This document shows positions 50,201 through 63,259 of a DNA stretch of 64,000 nucleotides, one piece after another; the stretch's first letter is position 1, and every line of letters begins with the position of its first letter. A model generated the notes under the pieces. The model was not told the origin of the DNA and ran no database searches. It saw nothing but the letters and a program-made list of their open reading frames with translations. Source of the DNA: Phoronis australis (lineage: Eukaryota; Animalia; Phoronida); NCBI GenBank assembly GCA_002633005.1, contig NMRA01000123.1:402364-466363 (forward strand), read 5' to 3'. A program made the translations under genes and the position numbers.

Positions 50201-51713
50201 ACATGTTTCCTGAATATGCCACTTTGCTGGTTTATTAATGTTCTTGCTGCACTGATCAACTTGTTATCCGGATCTATGAACCCGTCATATTCCTTTAAAA
50301 ACTTTTCGTAATTATGTAGGAGTGCTTGAACTTCAGATATATTGTTTGAAACAACAACCCGTTGAAGCTCTGATCTAAAATTCTCATCCTCGACCTGTTT
50401 GTCTTTAAGCTTGGACCGTATAATATCTTCCGCTGTGCTAAACAAGACGTTATCCACCTGAAAGTCCTCACCGAACTCCGCTGCAACGGTCTTATATTTT
50501 TCTAAGGCAGCATCTATCTGGTTCAAGTCGCCAGTTGCTATTGCCTTTTCAAGTTCTCTTCTCCTGTCCTCAAGCTGGGCTGCGTGCTTTCTGTAACTGC
50601 TACCATTTGTCAGGAGAAATGTATTGGCTGCTTTAATTAAGTCGTGATTGGGCTTAACCAATCCCCTGTTTTCTTTCAGAAAGTTGTTGTATTTGTGTAA
50701 AGCATCATGCACCGAAGATACAATTTTTGCATCAAGAGCCTTTTTGAGATTTTCCTGAAGTAGGGCTTCTAAAGGCTTCAAAGACAAACCTTTTGATTTC
50801 AATTCATCTAAAGAACATTCACACTCCCTGATGAAATCTTCATCTGAACTTAGGACATCGGGGTACTCAGCTACAAATTCTTTCAACTTTTTCAAAGCAA
50901 TTTCTGACCCAGATATGTCTCTACCTTTAAGTGCCTTCATTAAAGTCCTCTTTAATTCGCCACGTTTTTTTATTACTTTGCCGTATCCTGGACCAATTTG
51001 GTCAAGTGCATCGCACGCTTTCTTTATTATGTTCTGATCTGGCGACACAATGCCTCTGTGATCACATAAGAAGCATTCGTATTCATAGATCGCCGCATCT
51101 ATTTTTTTCGGGTCACGTGAATCTATGGCCTGTCTGAGCTTGTCCTTCAGTTGCACCTCTGTTTCTTTCACGTTGACCTGTTCCTTTTTTATATCGACTA
51201 AACGCGCTTCCGCCTCTTTTATCAAATCCTGATCATTACACAACTTACTCATGTCTGGGTGGAGTTTCGAAAACTCCTTTAGACGAGCCAACGCCTTTTC
51301 AATTGCAGAAACGTCATTGGCATCCATGGCTCGCTGCAAAAGCTTCTTGATCTCAATTTGCTCGCAAAACAACTTTTCGTTACCAATCCCCGTTGACAAC
51401 AGCACTTCCATGGCCTCTTTGACCAGCGCCTTGTCGGGATCTACAAAGTCGTGATGCTCTTTAACAAATATCTCGTAATCACATAGTGCAGACTGAATTG
51501 CGGCAGCGTCGCCTGATTCAATAGCATCTTCAAGGTTTATTATCAAGATGTCAAGCTCCTCTTCCAGCCCTGCCAACAGAGGATATGACGCCCTCAGCTT
51601 ACGACGCCTTCGCACATAAAAGAAGACCGCAGCGCAAAGAATGACCACCATGGCAATAACTATAATGGCTGGCCACAGTCTTCCATACTCGGTGGTAACC
51701 TTTTTCTTGGCGG
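47206..51713 (-). CDS. Terminal exon: TM helix + ~20 helical ~65-aa repeats + dynein MTBD-like domain + S/T-P-rich tail
   Basis: 4.5-kb open frame; acceptor CTAATCACATATCCTTTGTTTTTCCAG|CC (branch point + pyrimidine tract, phase 1); TM WPAIIVIAMVVILCAAVFFYV (51613-51675) followed by RRRRK; stop at 47206-47208. Confidence 0.93.
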
Positions 51714-52319
51714 CTGGAAAAACAAAGGATATGTGATTAGACCACAACGAAGAAATGTGACGGTATTTCAGCGTATTCCACGGGCAGAGCGTAGCAAAAA
51801 CTTAGTGAAGATATTGCTGACCCAGCACCACGATTTTCAATGCTCTTATGTACTTTATGTACAGTCGCCTGATCAAATTGTTTTATTGCAGTTTTAGAAA
51901 TGGCTGTATCCCTACACCTTTGCGATAAGGTGGCAATACCTTGATTGCTACGGGCAAGAAACAACGTAAATAGCTCATAAACTGGATTCAATTTATTATC
52001 AGCATGTATTGCCCAGAGTATTCATTCATCCCTATCAAATTGCGTTTTTCCCAGTTCGTTTCACTCGCAGAGGACACCAAGGTTTTCATGATATTTTACA
52101 ATATACTCAAGTCAATGATATTTCCGGACTTCTGGTGTCCAATGCTTTCGAAAAAGCTTATGATTTCTAGATTTATTAAGGAAATTCTACATTATTTCAG
52201 TTTTGATGACGATAGTATTCGTTGGTTCACAATATTCAATGCTGATCAAGTTTGAGTCTAATACTAAAATTAAAACTTACAAAAATTAGCGACGTTGCGT
52301 CCGCATATCACGGACTTAA

Positions 52320-54015
52320 ATGAGAATGCCACCCGATTTAATTAGTCTTTTTTGCCGTCTTAATCGGTCTATATCCACATCGCCTCGCATACGGTCGACC
52401 TAACTTTGCCAAGAGGTGTCACGTTAACCTGTGAGGAAGGTGAGAAACGACGCTAGCGACGTCAGTGGTTCATATGCAGAGTGAATGCCGCTATGTTGCG
52501 CTGCATCGTTCCAATTGCCCGAACTAAGCAGCTGCGAGGAAAGCGGGTATATCGTTTTTTTTACTTCCTAGAGAGTCCGAAATGCTTAGGAAGTAGCTCA
52601 TGGTAGTGAAGAATGAAATATATGTTGTAAATAGCAAGTATGAGGCCGTGAAACATCTCCGTGTCTGTGGCCTGCAGACGTCGTCGGACAGTGCCTGACG
52701 AATGCCGGCTTACCAAATAACTCCAACATTCCATTGTCTGAGCTTGTTCCTCGCGCCTCTCTAGTATTTCTTCATCACTGTATTCCTGTTCGAATTGATA
52801 GCCTGTAAAACTTAACGATCCACCAGCAAAGTCGGGACTGAAGATGTCTAGCTCGTCCTAAGTCGGGATTGCGAGTTGCCATGTTGGCGTTTATTACTGA
52901 GCGTTCTGTTTCAAAATGAATTATTCTCACCCTAACCAATATTTTTATAAAACTAAAACAAAGTCTGTCTCATTAGATGCGTTTTGTAATGCCTTTGGAG
53001 TGGTCGTGAGTGCAAATAATTTGAGAAGACAGTAATGAATAAATCACCGCGTTACCGGCTTTAGGTGCAATAAAACTAATTGACGGGACACCTAGGCCGT
53101 ACGTTTGAGCTCATGCTAATTTAGTGTTTATTGGCAGAAACTGTTGTGAAACAACTCGATTTCCATCCCACGGCCAGGTGTTAGAGGAATCTTGATTTAC
53201 ATTTACATTACCCAAATAATGATTGTCAATGTACAACTTCTGCCCTGACGGTGCTGTGGCCAAAGCGGAACCTGAATTCGCGGCCCCCGACGAGTAAGTA
53301 GATTTGCAGTTTCGTGGCTAATTCACCAACATAATCACGTGCACATCACTTTGGCTCACTAGTATAGTATTTTCTTGACTGGAAGTTTAGTTTACACAGA
53401 ACTTTGGCTGGTTTATGTTCGTGATATCTCAGTTTCCGAGCCACTGGCCGGGATCACGCCGAGTCCAATCCGGCCGGCCGCCGCGCGGGCCTGATCGAGC
53501 TCCGAGCCACTGGCCAGGATAACAAGCGTTCTGTGTTTAGAACAAACAAAATCACAAGTCTAAACAACACAGATCTAGGTTCTCCTGCCTGTGTGTATCT
53601 CACGGAAAATACTTCGAAATTATCTCCCTACAGACCCCAAACGCCTGCCACGGGACCTTATTGGCCTGCCGAACTTCAGTTTGTAGGCTACGGTGTGTCC
53701 AAATACCAATAAATCCGTGAGACCGAAATAAACAACACGTTTTTATAAGAACTCGGTGTATTTTTAAGGGTTTTACATCGAAGTTTGATGATTTATTGGT
53801 GTTAAACGATGACTTCAAGCGATAAGCTGACACCAGTAACCCGTGTTGTGAACTGCTGAACAAACTGCGTGTGAAACCGATGACGTCATTGGATAATTTC
53901 AACACCTCCGTCTGCCGTCAGATGTCAGGTAACGCAACCGTGCGTGTCGTTATGGAGTAGAACTACTCGATCTAAACTGATACAAATTAGGTTGTTTTTT
54001 GGGTGGCGTGCTCCT
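52320..54015 (+). mobile_element. Non-autonomous Kolobok element, copy 3 (within the predicted last intron)
   Basis: TTAA TSDs 52316-52319 and 54016-54019; colinear with 19051-20760. Confidence 0.88.
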
Positions 54016-57000
54016 TTAAGCTTGGCTTGTGACGTTATCGTTATTCTGGCCAATTGGTTGCGTTTTGGCTAAACGGCGCGGCACTGACGTCAGTACACCA
54101 TCCCATACGTGTGAAAAATCGAATCGTAAACTGCCTCTTTTATTTAAAGAGGGACTCTCAGTGCGCTCATGGAGAGCTTCCTTTACACCCCTTTTGAACC
54201 AGTCCTCCTCACAGTCTAAGATACTAACATCATCGTATTGAAATCATGTCTAGTAGCGCACATGTGTGCCCCCGTAACTAGGACGACGATGTTGTGACAT
54301 ATGCATTGTAAAGGTGGCAAGCTACCTTTTCTTGACTGTTAAGTCTCCATTAAACAGGACAGATAATTTGACACAAAGGTTTACCGCAAGAATACTCCCA
54401 CTGACCACTATCTTCAATTTGTCTCGAACCATCCTCTCATCCACCAGCTGGTGTAATTTGCACTTTGAACCACGCAACGTCGCTAATTTTTGTAAGTTTT
54501 AATTCCAGTATTAGACTCAAACTTGATCTGTTTTCTCAACTGGATGTCTCAAAATTTCCATGCTTTCAATATCCAATGCTAGTGTCGAACACTCGGCTAC
54601 CCCTACTCAATCTGAATACCTCAGTATAATCTTTTAAATATTTCATCTTCGATTTGTGTACGTTTACTCAAGAAATAAAAGCAAAATGATTAAAAATAAA
54701 TAACATTTCTGTGACGTTATCATTGGATCCGGTCTCCGTCTTGGAGTCGTTCTACACCATCTGCGAGCCGTAGTGGTCTCGAAAACTAAGTTGGCCTGAG
54801 TATTTCGAAAGGTTGCATATGCAGTTATAGCTGTCGGACAGACAATACTTCAGTCTTTGCATGCATGGTTGATGTCCGTGCATCGGACACGGGTATGGCA
54901 GTACACGATCAGTTAAGGGGTAACGCTGTGCGCAGCTCATTTTTGTAGAATCGTGTTTCGACCCGTTGCAGAAACGGATATTTTATGAAGGTTGTTCAAA
55001 CGTGTAAGTGCATTTGATGGAGAGAAAGTGTACTGTGTTGTACCATTACTGCAAACGTACACCTGTAGTTGTCAGGCGTTTATTAAATTTGAGCCTCAGC
55101 ATCATATTGTGTTTTGACTGAGATAATGACTATGACTTCAGTACGTTTCCATCAGTCTCTTTCTGCTCAAGATTTAATGGGAATGCATGCTATACACAAA
55201 TGCGTCAATATTTAAGGGTAGAAAACTGGAAACAGATGCCACGCTAATAACAGGAGATCACAAACGCAGCCGGAAATAATCAACGAATCACAACCTTCAT
55301 CATTTTGGAACGGACGAGACATAAACGAGTAGTATTTTCCAGAAATATAGTCCACTTAACATTACAGCGATTAGATGGCATTTGAAGAAACGATTTCAGT
55401 GTCCGCTATTCGCGACTGGGCTTGGACGGTCCATGCGCGCGGGGAGTTCGAAGTAGCCCCTCCATTTGGCGAAGTTGACAAAAAGGTCCGCCTCAGAGAA
55501 ACAAAAAGTCCGAGAAAACGAGACAATAGCCAGGAATTCAGCGAATGCGCAATTTACAGCTCTGAACGTACGACGTTGTTTTAGTATTTTGCTCGACAGT
55601 GAATAGGTTAGTGTGAATGAACAAAGGAATGCCCGCAGACTGAGTAGGCTCCGACTCGGATTCACTTGCCGAAGACGCCGATGAAGGAGGGTCGAGTTCC
55701 TATGGCCACAAACACGAAAAATCTGCCGATACGGCGAAGACTGTTTCATTACCTGTTTCACCTATAACCTCAGTGTCGTTTTCACCCCACGTCAACATAT
55801 GTGTTCGAAATACTCATCAAGCTCGCTCTCTGCGCATTAGTAAGTTACAAAATCACTGTTAGCCGTCATTGCATACATACTGTCAATTGATAAACGTCTT
55901 CCACTGATGACATCACGTGACAGGAAACAAAAAACGTTAGTTTTCTTTAAAATTCAAAATTCCTCACATATTGTTTGGTTAGGTCTTGATTTGTAAAATT
56001 AGTGTAGATGTTCGAATACCACAAAAAGTGCAAAAAGCCATTGTAGGAGGTTACAAACCCCTGTCACCTTATCTTTTCGTTGCGAGCCAAAATTATGGCA
56101 TCTACGCTGAGGAAATGCAAGAGCTTTAAAGGCATAAAAAGGCTTTTCGGAGAACAAATTAATACTATATACAGACGGCACGGTCCTCTTTCTAGATGGT
56201 TCAGTGACTCATCACTGGACCTTCTCGACCAATTTGGTGAGTATTTTGGTTTGACACCCAATACAGTGTATGGAATTATTCCAGAATATCTTGTCTTTAT
56301 CAACTTTGTTGTGAAAAAAATATTTAAAATGGGCAAGTTTCCTGTTCACATCCCTTAGAATTGCATTTTCTGTCACCTTATAATACATGATTCATTTAAA
56401 TTGCAAAGCAAAATTGAACGACGTTAGAAATGATATTATAGATTTGTCAAAAAGAAATTCATCACATTTGGTAAGATAAAAACTGTCAATTTTTAATTTC
56501 CAAAACTCACCGAACTCTTAGCGCACTTCCTCATTCAGGTGATACTTTTTTAAAATACACTGAATAAATATTGTTAATTACGTATGAGGTGCCTCTATTG
56601 ATAAAGTCTCTAGAAAGACCATGGTAAACAAATAAATACTCTATGTGAAAGTATTCCTAGTGTTGAAAAACATTTTTAATGGGGGCTTTGTTTTTCATGG
56701 ATAATTTTATGTTTTAAACAAATTTACCAATCGGACCCTTTGTACAGAGTGCTGTGGCATAACCCTGTAGTTTGTATTAGACAGTATTAGATTGTTTGAA
56801 AGGTATACTACACGTATATACAACTGTATACGACTTAATTGACCCTGATAAAGGCTACATTGATGACTATTATACCTTTGGTACACAATGTCAACTTTAC
56901 CCTTGTGTTATCAATTTCCAGGTATATCGAAGGTCATTACTTCATTTTTAGAAGTGTCTTAGAGACACGAGTACCATAATTATTCAATTTTTTCTGAACA

Positions 57001-58685
57001 TATTTTTGAATCCTGGGAAAATAAAGTGACGGGGAATATTTGTTAGTTATTCATGATCTTACGTACATGTATCAAACCTGTCGCCGAATTGAAGTGGGAA
57101 AGAAACCGTAACATGGTTGGTGAAACTGAGCCTTAAATATCATTTACCATTGTACTTTTGATATCAAACTCAGATGGTTTCAATTCCGTATCAAACAGCA
57201 GTGGTGGATCACAAGGGGGGGGGGGGCAAATTTTTGGTGTGTAAACATTTGAGCTATGCACGATTGTAGATGCACCGAATGGGGGGAGGTCGGGAGGGGG
57301 GTTTTTCCCCGTCCGCCAGGAAAATGTTTCTGTTTTTTGCTCTAAAAATCAAGCATTTTCCTTGATTTCTGAGGTGTTATCCAAGAAAAAAAGGCAAAAA
57401 AACGTGTCAAACTTGAAAATGCGCATTTACCACAGACTCGAACTCCCGACCAGGCCGATAAAGAGAGCGCACGCGCTTTAAAACTGCACCACCACGATTT
57501 CACTAGTACTTTGATTCTAAGAGACCTACTTTTTTATGGTCCACAGCGTTTGCGCACGAAACCTTCTTTTTGTAATGCTTATTATACTTTTTATATTTTA
57601 TGCAATCAGTTCGTAACGAATTTGTTGTATTTAAAATATTCTTCAATTGCCCAAAAGACCAAATCCGTTTTTTGCGTTGGAATTAATGAAGCGATTGCTT
57701 TGGAAATCGTCTCAAGTTAAGGTTTGACAAAAAGATAATTATGAGTTTCTGAGTGATTCACTAAGGCTTCGANGTTCACTTCTTTGGGATTTTTGAAGTT
57801 GTTTAAAAACATGAATGACAAATCAGTGAGAGGTCCCTCTGCATTTAATATGTCTACAGCCTCGTTTGGAGATCCAGCTTGTGGATTGGAAGTTGTAAAT
57901 GTAATTCTTTGCTTTGCGGAATTTCATTTCTTTAGGCAAAGCTTGCAAAACGCTAAGCCCAAAATTCAGCATTTTTAAGGGAGATGTTAAACAACTAAAC
58001 TGTTAATGGGGAAAACATTCATGTAAGTTTGGTACATGACCAGTTTGTTTGTATCGACGGAGGTTGATGTATCAGAAAGTGTGCCGTAGAAATTTACAGA
58101 CCAAATCAACGAAAGGCCTCCATTTGTGGAAAACTTTTAAGACTAGTAGGACTTCAAATGGTGCTTGTCGCTTTTGTGGAATCACTCCATTCCCAAAATC
58201 GCAATTGTGTAAGTTCTACCGATCTAAATAAAATCGTCGACTCTTACATTTATATGCTATTACGGGGACGTCGTTATAAGAAGTCAGAATGAAGACCAAC
58301 AGTAATACCTTACACTAAACCGCTTTAAAACGTTCCACGGGTACCAGACATGTTTTTTCAGCGCGCGACAGGGTTATGCTGTAGCAGATAGCGCCCTCCA
58401 CTGCAGAACACATGTAGCAGTTTAATCCAGAATAATTTCATTTACTGCAGAAAACGATTGATTAGAAGCATGTAATTTATTCATACAATACCACAAAATG
58501 TTGAACTGCACAGTATCTACTAACAAACATGATGACCCTGGCTTCGATCTAATTCACCAAAAGACTGACCGAGGCGCTCCAGTGTAGACAAAAATCTTAC
58601 GTTTTTTTCACGACCTAATCTTAGCACGGCTTTTGTCTGCAACCGAACGAGGTTGTCAAGTTACGGAAACCAAAAAGCACCTCAC

Positions 58686-58901
58686 CAGGAAGTCTAATTT
58701 TTTCGAAGATCACACAGCAGCCATCGGGTACCGTGTCAAAGGTGCGACCCGTTTCAACCACCTGGCATTCGTCTTTTCCCCACTGAGAGATTAAACAGTC
58801 TGTCATAATTTGGCACAGTTGAGCACACTCCTCCGCACTTTTGGCGTCCACTTTTTCAAGATAGTTTGAACGCACTCGCCGTCTTTCCTGTTGTAACACA
58901 C
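58686..58901 (-). CDS. PAN/Apple-like module exon 4
   Basis: CTGACATTTTAG|GT .. CCTG|GTGAG; 216 nt, phase 1-1; ECAQLCQIMTDCLISQWGKDEC..DGCCVIFEK. Confidence 0.85.
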
Positions 58902-59537
58902 CTAAAATGTCAGTAAAGTATAATAATGACTTAATCGAACCACGAATTTCAAAAAGAAACGCATACACAATTACATCATTCAAAGTGGTTTTCAGGAACT
59001 AAATCGAAAATAAAACGAACAGTTCGGCAGGTATTTTTACAGGTCGTTTTTAAAATTTTGAATTTCTTTTAACGTCAAAGCATTTTTCTTTTGGTTTCAA
59101 ATGGAACAAAACTATCTGTTAACTTCTCATCAATTTTAGTTCCCGATCTTTGCTCCCACAAAGCAAAGAATGTCTACGTATTTGGTATGGCAAGACACGT
59201 TTCTATTTTCTGGAAAGTGTCACCTTTTGACAAGGCATTCGTGCGACACCTGGGGAAAGAAATTTTCGAAAATAAAACGGAATCGGTAAATGTTTACCGA
59301 CAATTCAACATTAGAACTTACCTGACCAAACACTAGTGGTCATGATTTTGCTATACGGTGGTACGGTTTTGGTACTACATGCACGTGTAGTTATCAAGTT
59401 ATCCACTCGCATTTTTGCATGAAAAAATTCTCCGACAGAGATGCGACTAGAATTCTAAGTGCAACTCTCCCAGATACATCCTCCCGCTTGTTGGAAGCCG
59501 ACCGAAACCTTGACACGAAAATTGTAAACGACTTCAC

Positions 59538-59765
59538 CTGGTACTACATTCACGTCGCTTTCGAAGGTAGTGCAACAAGAATCAGCTTTCATTGTATACG
59601 TGCCACCTTCGCCCACAGCGACACATTCCTTCGTTTGGCGATTGTACTGCGCCGCTATGCAACCAACCTCGGCACATTTGCTGGCGCAATCTGGACCACT
59701 TGAGCTCAGGTGCGTCTCCGTGTTTGTCGCCGAGTCAAAGGCTGAATTGTCATACGCTTTCATCC
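59538..59765 (-). CDS. PAN/Apple-like module exon 3
   Basis: TTTTACTCAACAG|GG .. CCAG|GTGAAG; 228 nt, phase 1-1; DCASKCAEVGCIAAQYNRQTKEC..DSCCTTFE. Confidence 0.85.
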
Positions 59766-60195
59766 CTGTTGAGTAAAACCATGAAAAGCCCCAAGTATAA
59801 ACTTGAACAAAGGGTGGGTTCTAAATGACACTTAAATGTCGCCCCGAAAACAGACTAACATTTTGTAAACAAAAGGTCTATTTAGTCGATCAGTATGTAC
59901 AGCTGTAACTATTGATCATGTGACACGAATTTAGAAAATGAAAAAAGACACGTCGTCCTGTATATAGTTGCAAAATTTCTGAATGCCATTTTATTTTGCA
60001 TGAAATAAAAATGGTCAGAATCACAAATTGATAGGACTCCGAAAGTACAAGTACGCCAAGTTCCGTGACCCGTGACGCCACTGAAACGATCTTTTGTTTC
60101 GTTAAATTTCATGATGATGTTAAAAAATATTCGGGGAATGGAAAAATTGTATGCATTAGACGACCTGTCTTATATCAATACATAAAAATGCAAAC

Positions 60196-60420
60196 CGATC
60201 CGCTCCTTTTCCTCTTTTTCGTAGAGTTCGCAACATTCGTCATTTCTCACGGCGTAGTCTCCACCTGGATCAACCACCACACAGTCCAATGTCATCAAAT
60301 TCCAATGGGCGGCGGGGCACAAAGAGCGAACGCAAAGTTCTCCGCACTCGTTCCCGGTGTCCGTCACATGCGTTCTCGTGTGCTCTGAACTAAGGGCTTG
60401 TCCGGGTCGCCTGAACATAT
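60196..60420 (-). CDS. PAN/Apple-like module exon 2
   Basis: GAATTAG|AT .. ATCG|GTTTG; 225 nt, phase 1-1; ECGELCVRSLCPAAHWNLMTLDC..DECCELYEK. Confidence 0.82.
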
Positions 60421-61601
60421 CTAATTCAACGTGAAACGTTGTTTTAGAAGATACATGTTACCGTACAGTTTTATACCAAGAATTAGACAGATGCTCAATC
60501 AAATACTGGAACGCCATTTGTCGGCTAAATCTGCAGCTCGCCCTGTTTAGGTTGCTAAATGAAAACCAGTCTCGTGATATTCTTTACCGTGAGTGCATTC
60601 GATTTTTGTCTCATGCAATCTCGCATTTTTCTCATGACAATCATGAAAGTCTCGTTTTGATAGCCTCTCATGCAAATCTGGAACAACATGAAAGCAGTTT
60701 CTAATACTGCTTTGGAGAACACGGAACAAGGCATAGTGTCTGAAAGCTTCATTGGAATCTGATCAGTCATTTCTGAGATATGGGCATTGCCTATGGTCCT
60801 CCACAACTATAATTACGGTAATTATTCCTACGGCTACCACGTAATCCTCACATTACGTTCTCCACTGCCAGTGTTCGACTGCCTGTGCTCATCAGCAGGG
60901 GATGACGACATCTAAAACCACAAGGTAACTGTGGCGTAGGGAGGGTTTTAGCACCTTAGGGCAGCAGTTCCCGGCTAAAATACGCCGCTGAATGGATGTC
61001 ATGCAAACTACAGGAGGCACTTTTTTGAAACTATTGGATGCAAACAAACTACAATGAAATTTCAAAACAGGGGGGATGCAACATTGTGCGTAGAAGACCC
61101 TGTTCGTTCTTCTCTCTCCCCATCACCGTCAGCTGTTCACGCTTTGGTTCGTGGATTTCGAACGAAAAAATTGCTATTGACATAAACCTAGTGTGTCCCT
61201 GTCGGGGTCATTATAGGGATAGCAAACCTGGCTTTGGCTATAAACAGATACTAAAAACGTCTTTCCATTCCATGTCTCTGAAGCAAAACAATGTCCTCGA
61301 CAAACCCCAAAACTTAGGTAGAAATTTTAAAAACTCCTTTCAAAATATGTTAAGTGGATTATGCTCTTAGCGAATAACACGATAACAGAGGGAAAATGAC
61401 ACCCAACAAGGATCACTACGCCCAATTTTTGAGATAGGGTACATTAGGTCTTAGTTGACTTTACCCTTTATCTTTCAAGATTTTTATCAAGGATGCATTA
61501 GCAGGGGACAGATTGGTTGAACTCACCTAAACAGGTTCAGTATGTTTTTTAGCGGCAGCTGACTCAGGGATTGGGGGCACTTAGCACTTATCAATACTGA
61601 C

Positions 61602-61826
61602 CTGTGAACGGCTGTTCCTGCTTCCTACCGACAACACAACAGTCGCTTTTTACTAAGTTGAAGTTATCGCCTTCGCCAACCATCAGACATTCTTTTGTCT
61701 CCGGGTTCCACTGGGCCACCGCACAGTCGCTTCTGGAGCATTGTGACAAACAGGCGTGCGACGTTGGGGTCGTAGTCCTCGTTCCCTCGGTTGTTTCAAT
61801 GGCTTGGTTTGGTAACTTGTCCATAC
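61602..61826 (-). CDS. PAN/Apple-like module exon 1 (first seen in window)
   Basis: TTTTTACTTCTTAG|GT .. ACAG|GTCAGT; 225 nt, phase 1-1; ACLSQCSRSDCAVAQWNPETKEC..SDCCVVGRK. Confidence 0.85.
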
Positions 61827-62676
61827 CTAAGAAGTAAAAAAGAGCAGGTTCACTAACTTAGCCTTATTGCGAAGGAGTATACGTTAAAATGCAGATCGAC
61901 CTGAACAAACGAAATACAATAAAACATGAAACAAATTAATAACAATAATACTATGCTCTTGAAAAAGCTTTGATACAAGCGTAAAAACAATTCAGTTCGC
62001 CCGTTTTTGCAGTTTAATTAGTAGCGCAATTATGTGCTTATAAACATTGAGCACTACAAAAATGGAAACTTATTTGTTAGCGACTTGTTTTGGCGATTGC
62101 GAAATTAGCTGCCCTGACAGTCGTGCGATCTTTTGGCACGCACTGGCACGCGAAGTTAGGGAATGACGTTAGAAAACGACGTCCATTAGGTTATGTGGAT
62201 TTGAATGTCGGCAACGGACCAGGCAAGTGTCGTTTGAAAGTTTTTACAAAACTTTGCGCAGGGTTTGTTAGCTTGATTCTGCGAGAGGGTCCCTAAGGTA
62301 CAAAAACATCATGCTTCACTTATTAATAAACTAGTACCCACGAGTCAATATACCACCTGGCCTACAACAAATTGCAGCAAAATGTGTTACAGACGTTTCA
62401 TGCCTAACTGGAAATAATTGTACCCATTAACAGAAAAGGTCTACAAAAATATGACCACAGGAAATGGGTTGAAACTGGTTCATTTCCAAGATGGTCGCCA
62501 CGACTTTTCGAAACAGCTAAAAACAGATATAACTTCTTCAATAATTGTGATAGAGACATAATTTTGGTTCTAGTCTACGGTTTCAAGAGCTGAGCAATCA
62601 CTGGTGTGGGTAAAATTCAGATATAATCAGTATTTGATTTGAAATTCAAGAATAAAAAACCACCTTTATCCATATA

Positions 62677-63130
62677 CCGGGTGGCCAAGAAAAAACGTTA
62701 ACCTTTTTTGAAGAAAATTAATTGAAGTTGAACGAAATGTAGCACATTTGCGTATCGAACTATTTTCAGTACACGATAAAAGTTTACAATTGTACACTGT
62801 ATTTTCGCTCCAGGATAGGAAAGATATTTGTGTAACTCAAAAAATCCATGCCAAATTAGTCTACATATTTATACAATGTGCCATCATCGAGGATGGTGAC
62901 ACATCTCAATCAAAAACTCAGGTGTATGTTTTCAAGGGTTGTGTCATACAAACATTTTGTCAGTTAGGTGCTACATTTTGCAAAGTGAAGACGGTGTTGA
63001 GGAAGAGTTAATTGGGGTTAATGGCAACATGTTTTAACAAAGTCTTGACAGCGCTCTAATGGATTACAGCGTTTGGAATGCGTTGGCAGAGAATGTGTAC
63101 CAAGGTTTTGCAGACGGTATTATACTCAAT
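62677..63130 (+). mobile_element. Tc1/mariner-derived internally deleted fragment
   Basis: TA|CCGGGTGGCC terminus; LMDYSVWNALAENVY (63056-63100) resembles the post-catalytic PDLNP.DY..W motif. Confidence 0.5.
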
Positions 63131-63259
63131 AACATAAACTTGCAAAAGTTCTTCTTTACACTATCTGTCACTATCAAATGAACTGACCACCAGGTGCCAC
63201 TAAACTATTCATTCCTCAACATGACGTATGAGCGTATAGGCTACATCTCATCCATGAAT

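Noticed and set aside
47962-51454. Plus-strand ORFs overlapping the large exon
   Set aside because: Antisense shadows of a long coding sequence, with no independent features.
47206-51713. Dynein heavy chain fragment
   Set aside because: No P-loop/AAA modules, preceded by a TM helix and non-dynein repeats, and ends in a stop shortly after the MTBD-like block.
51714-51747. Start of the 1513-aa ORF (MWSNHISFVFP)
   Set aside because: Non-ATG start lying in the branch point/polypyrimidine tract; the real exon begins at 51713.
56095-56236. Plus-strand first exon MASTLRKCKSFKGIKR..|GTGAGT nested in the intron
   Set aside because: No recognisable domain and no partner exon; could be chance.
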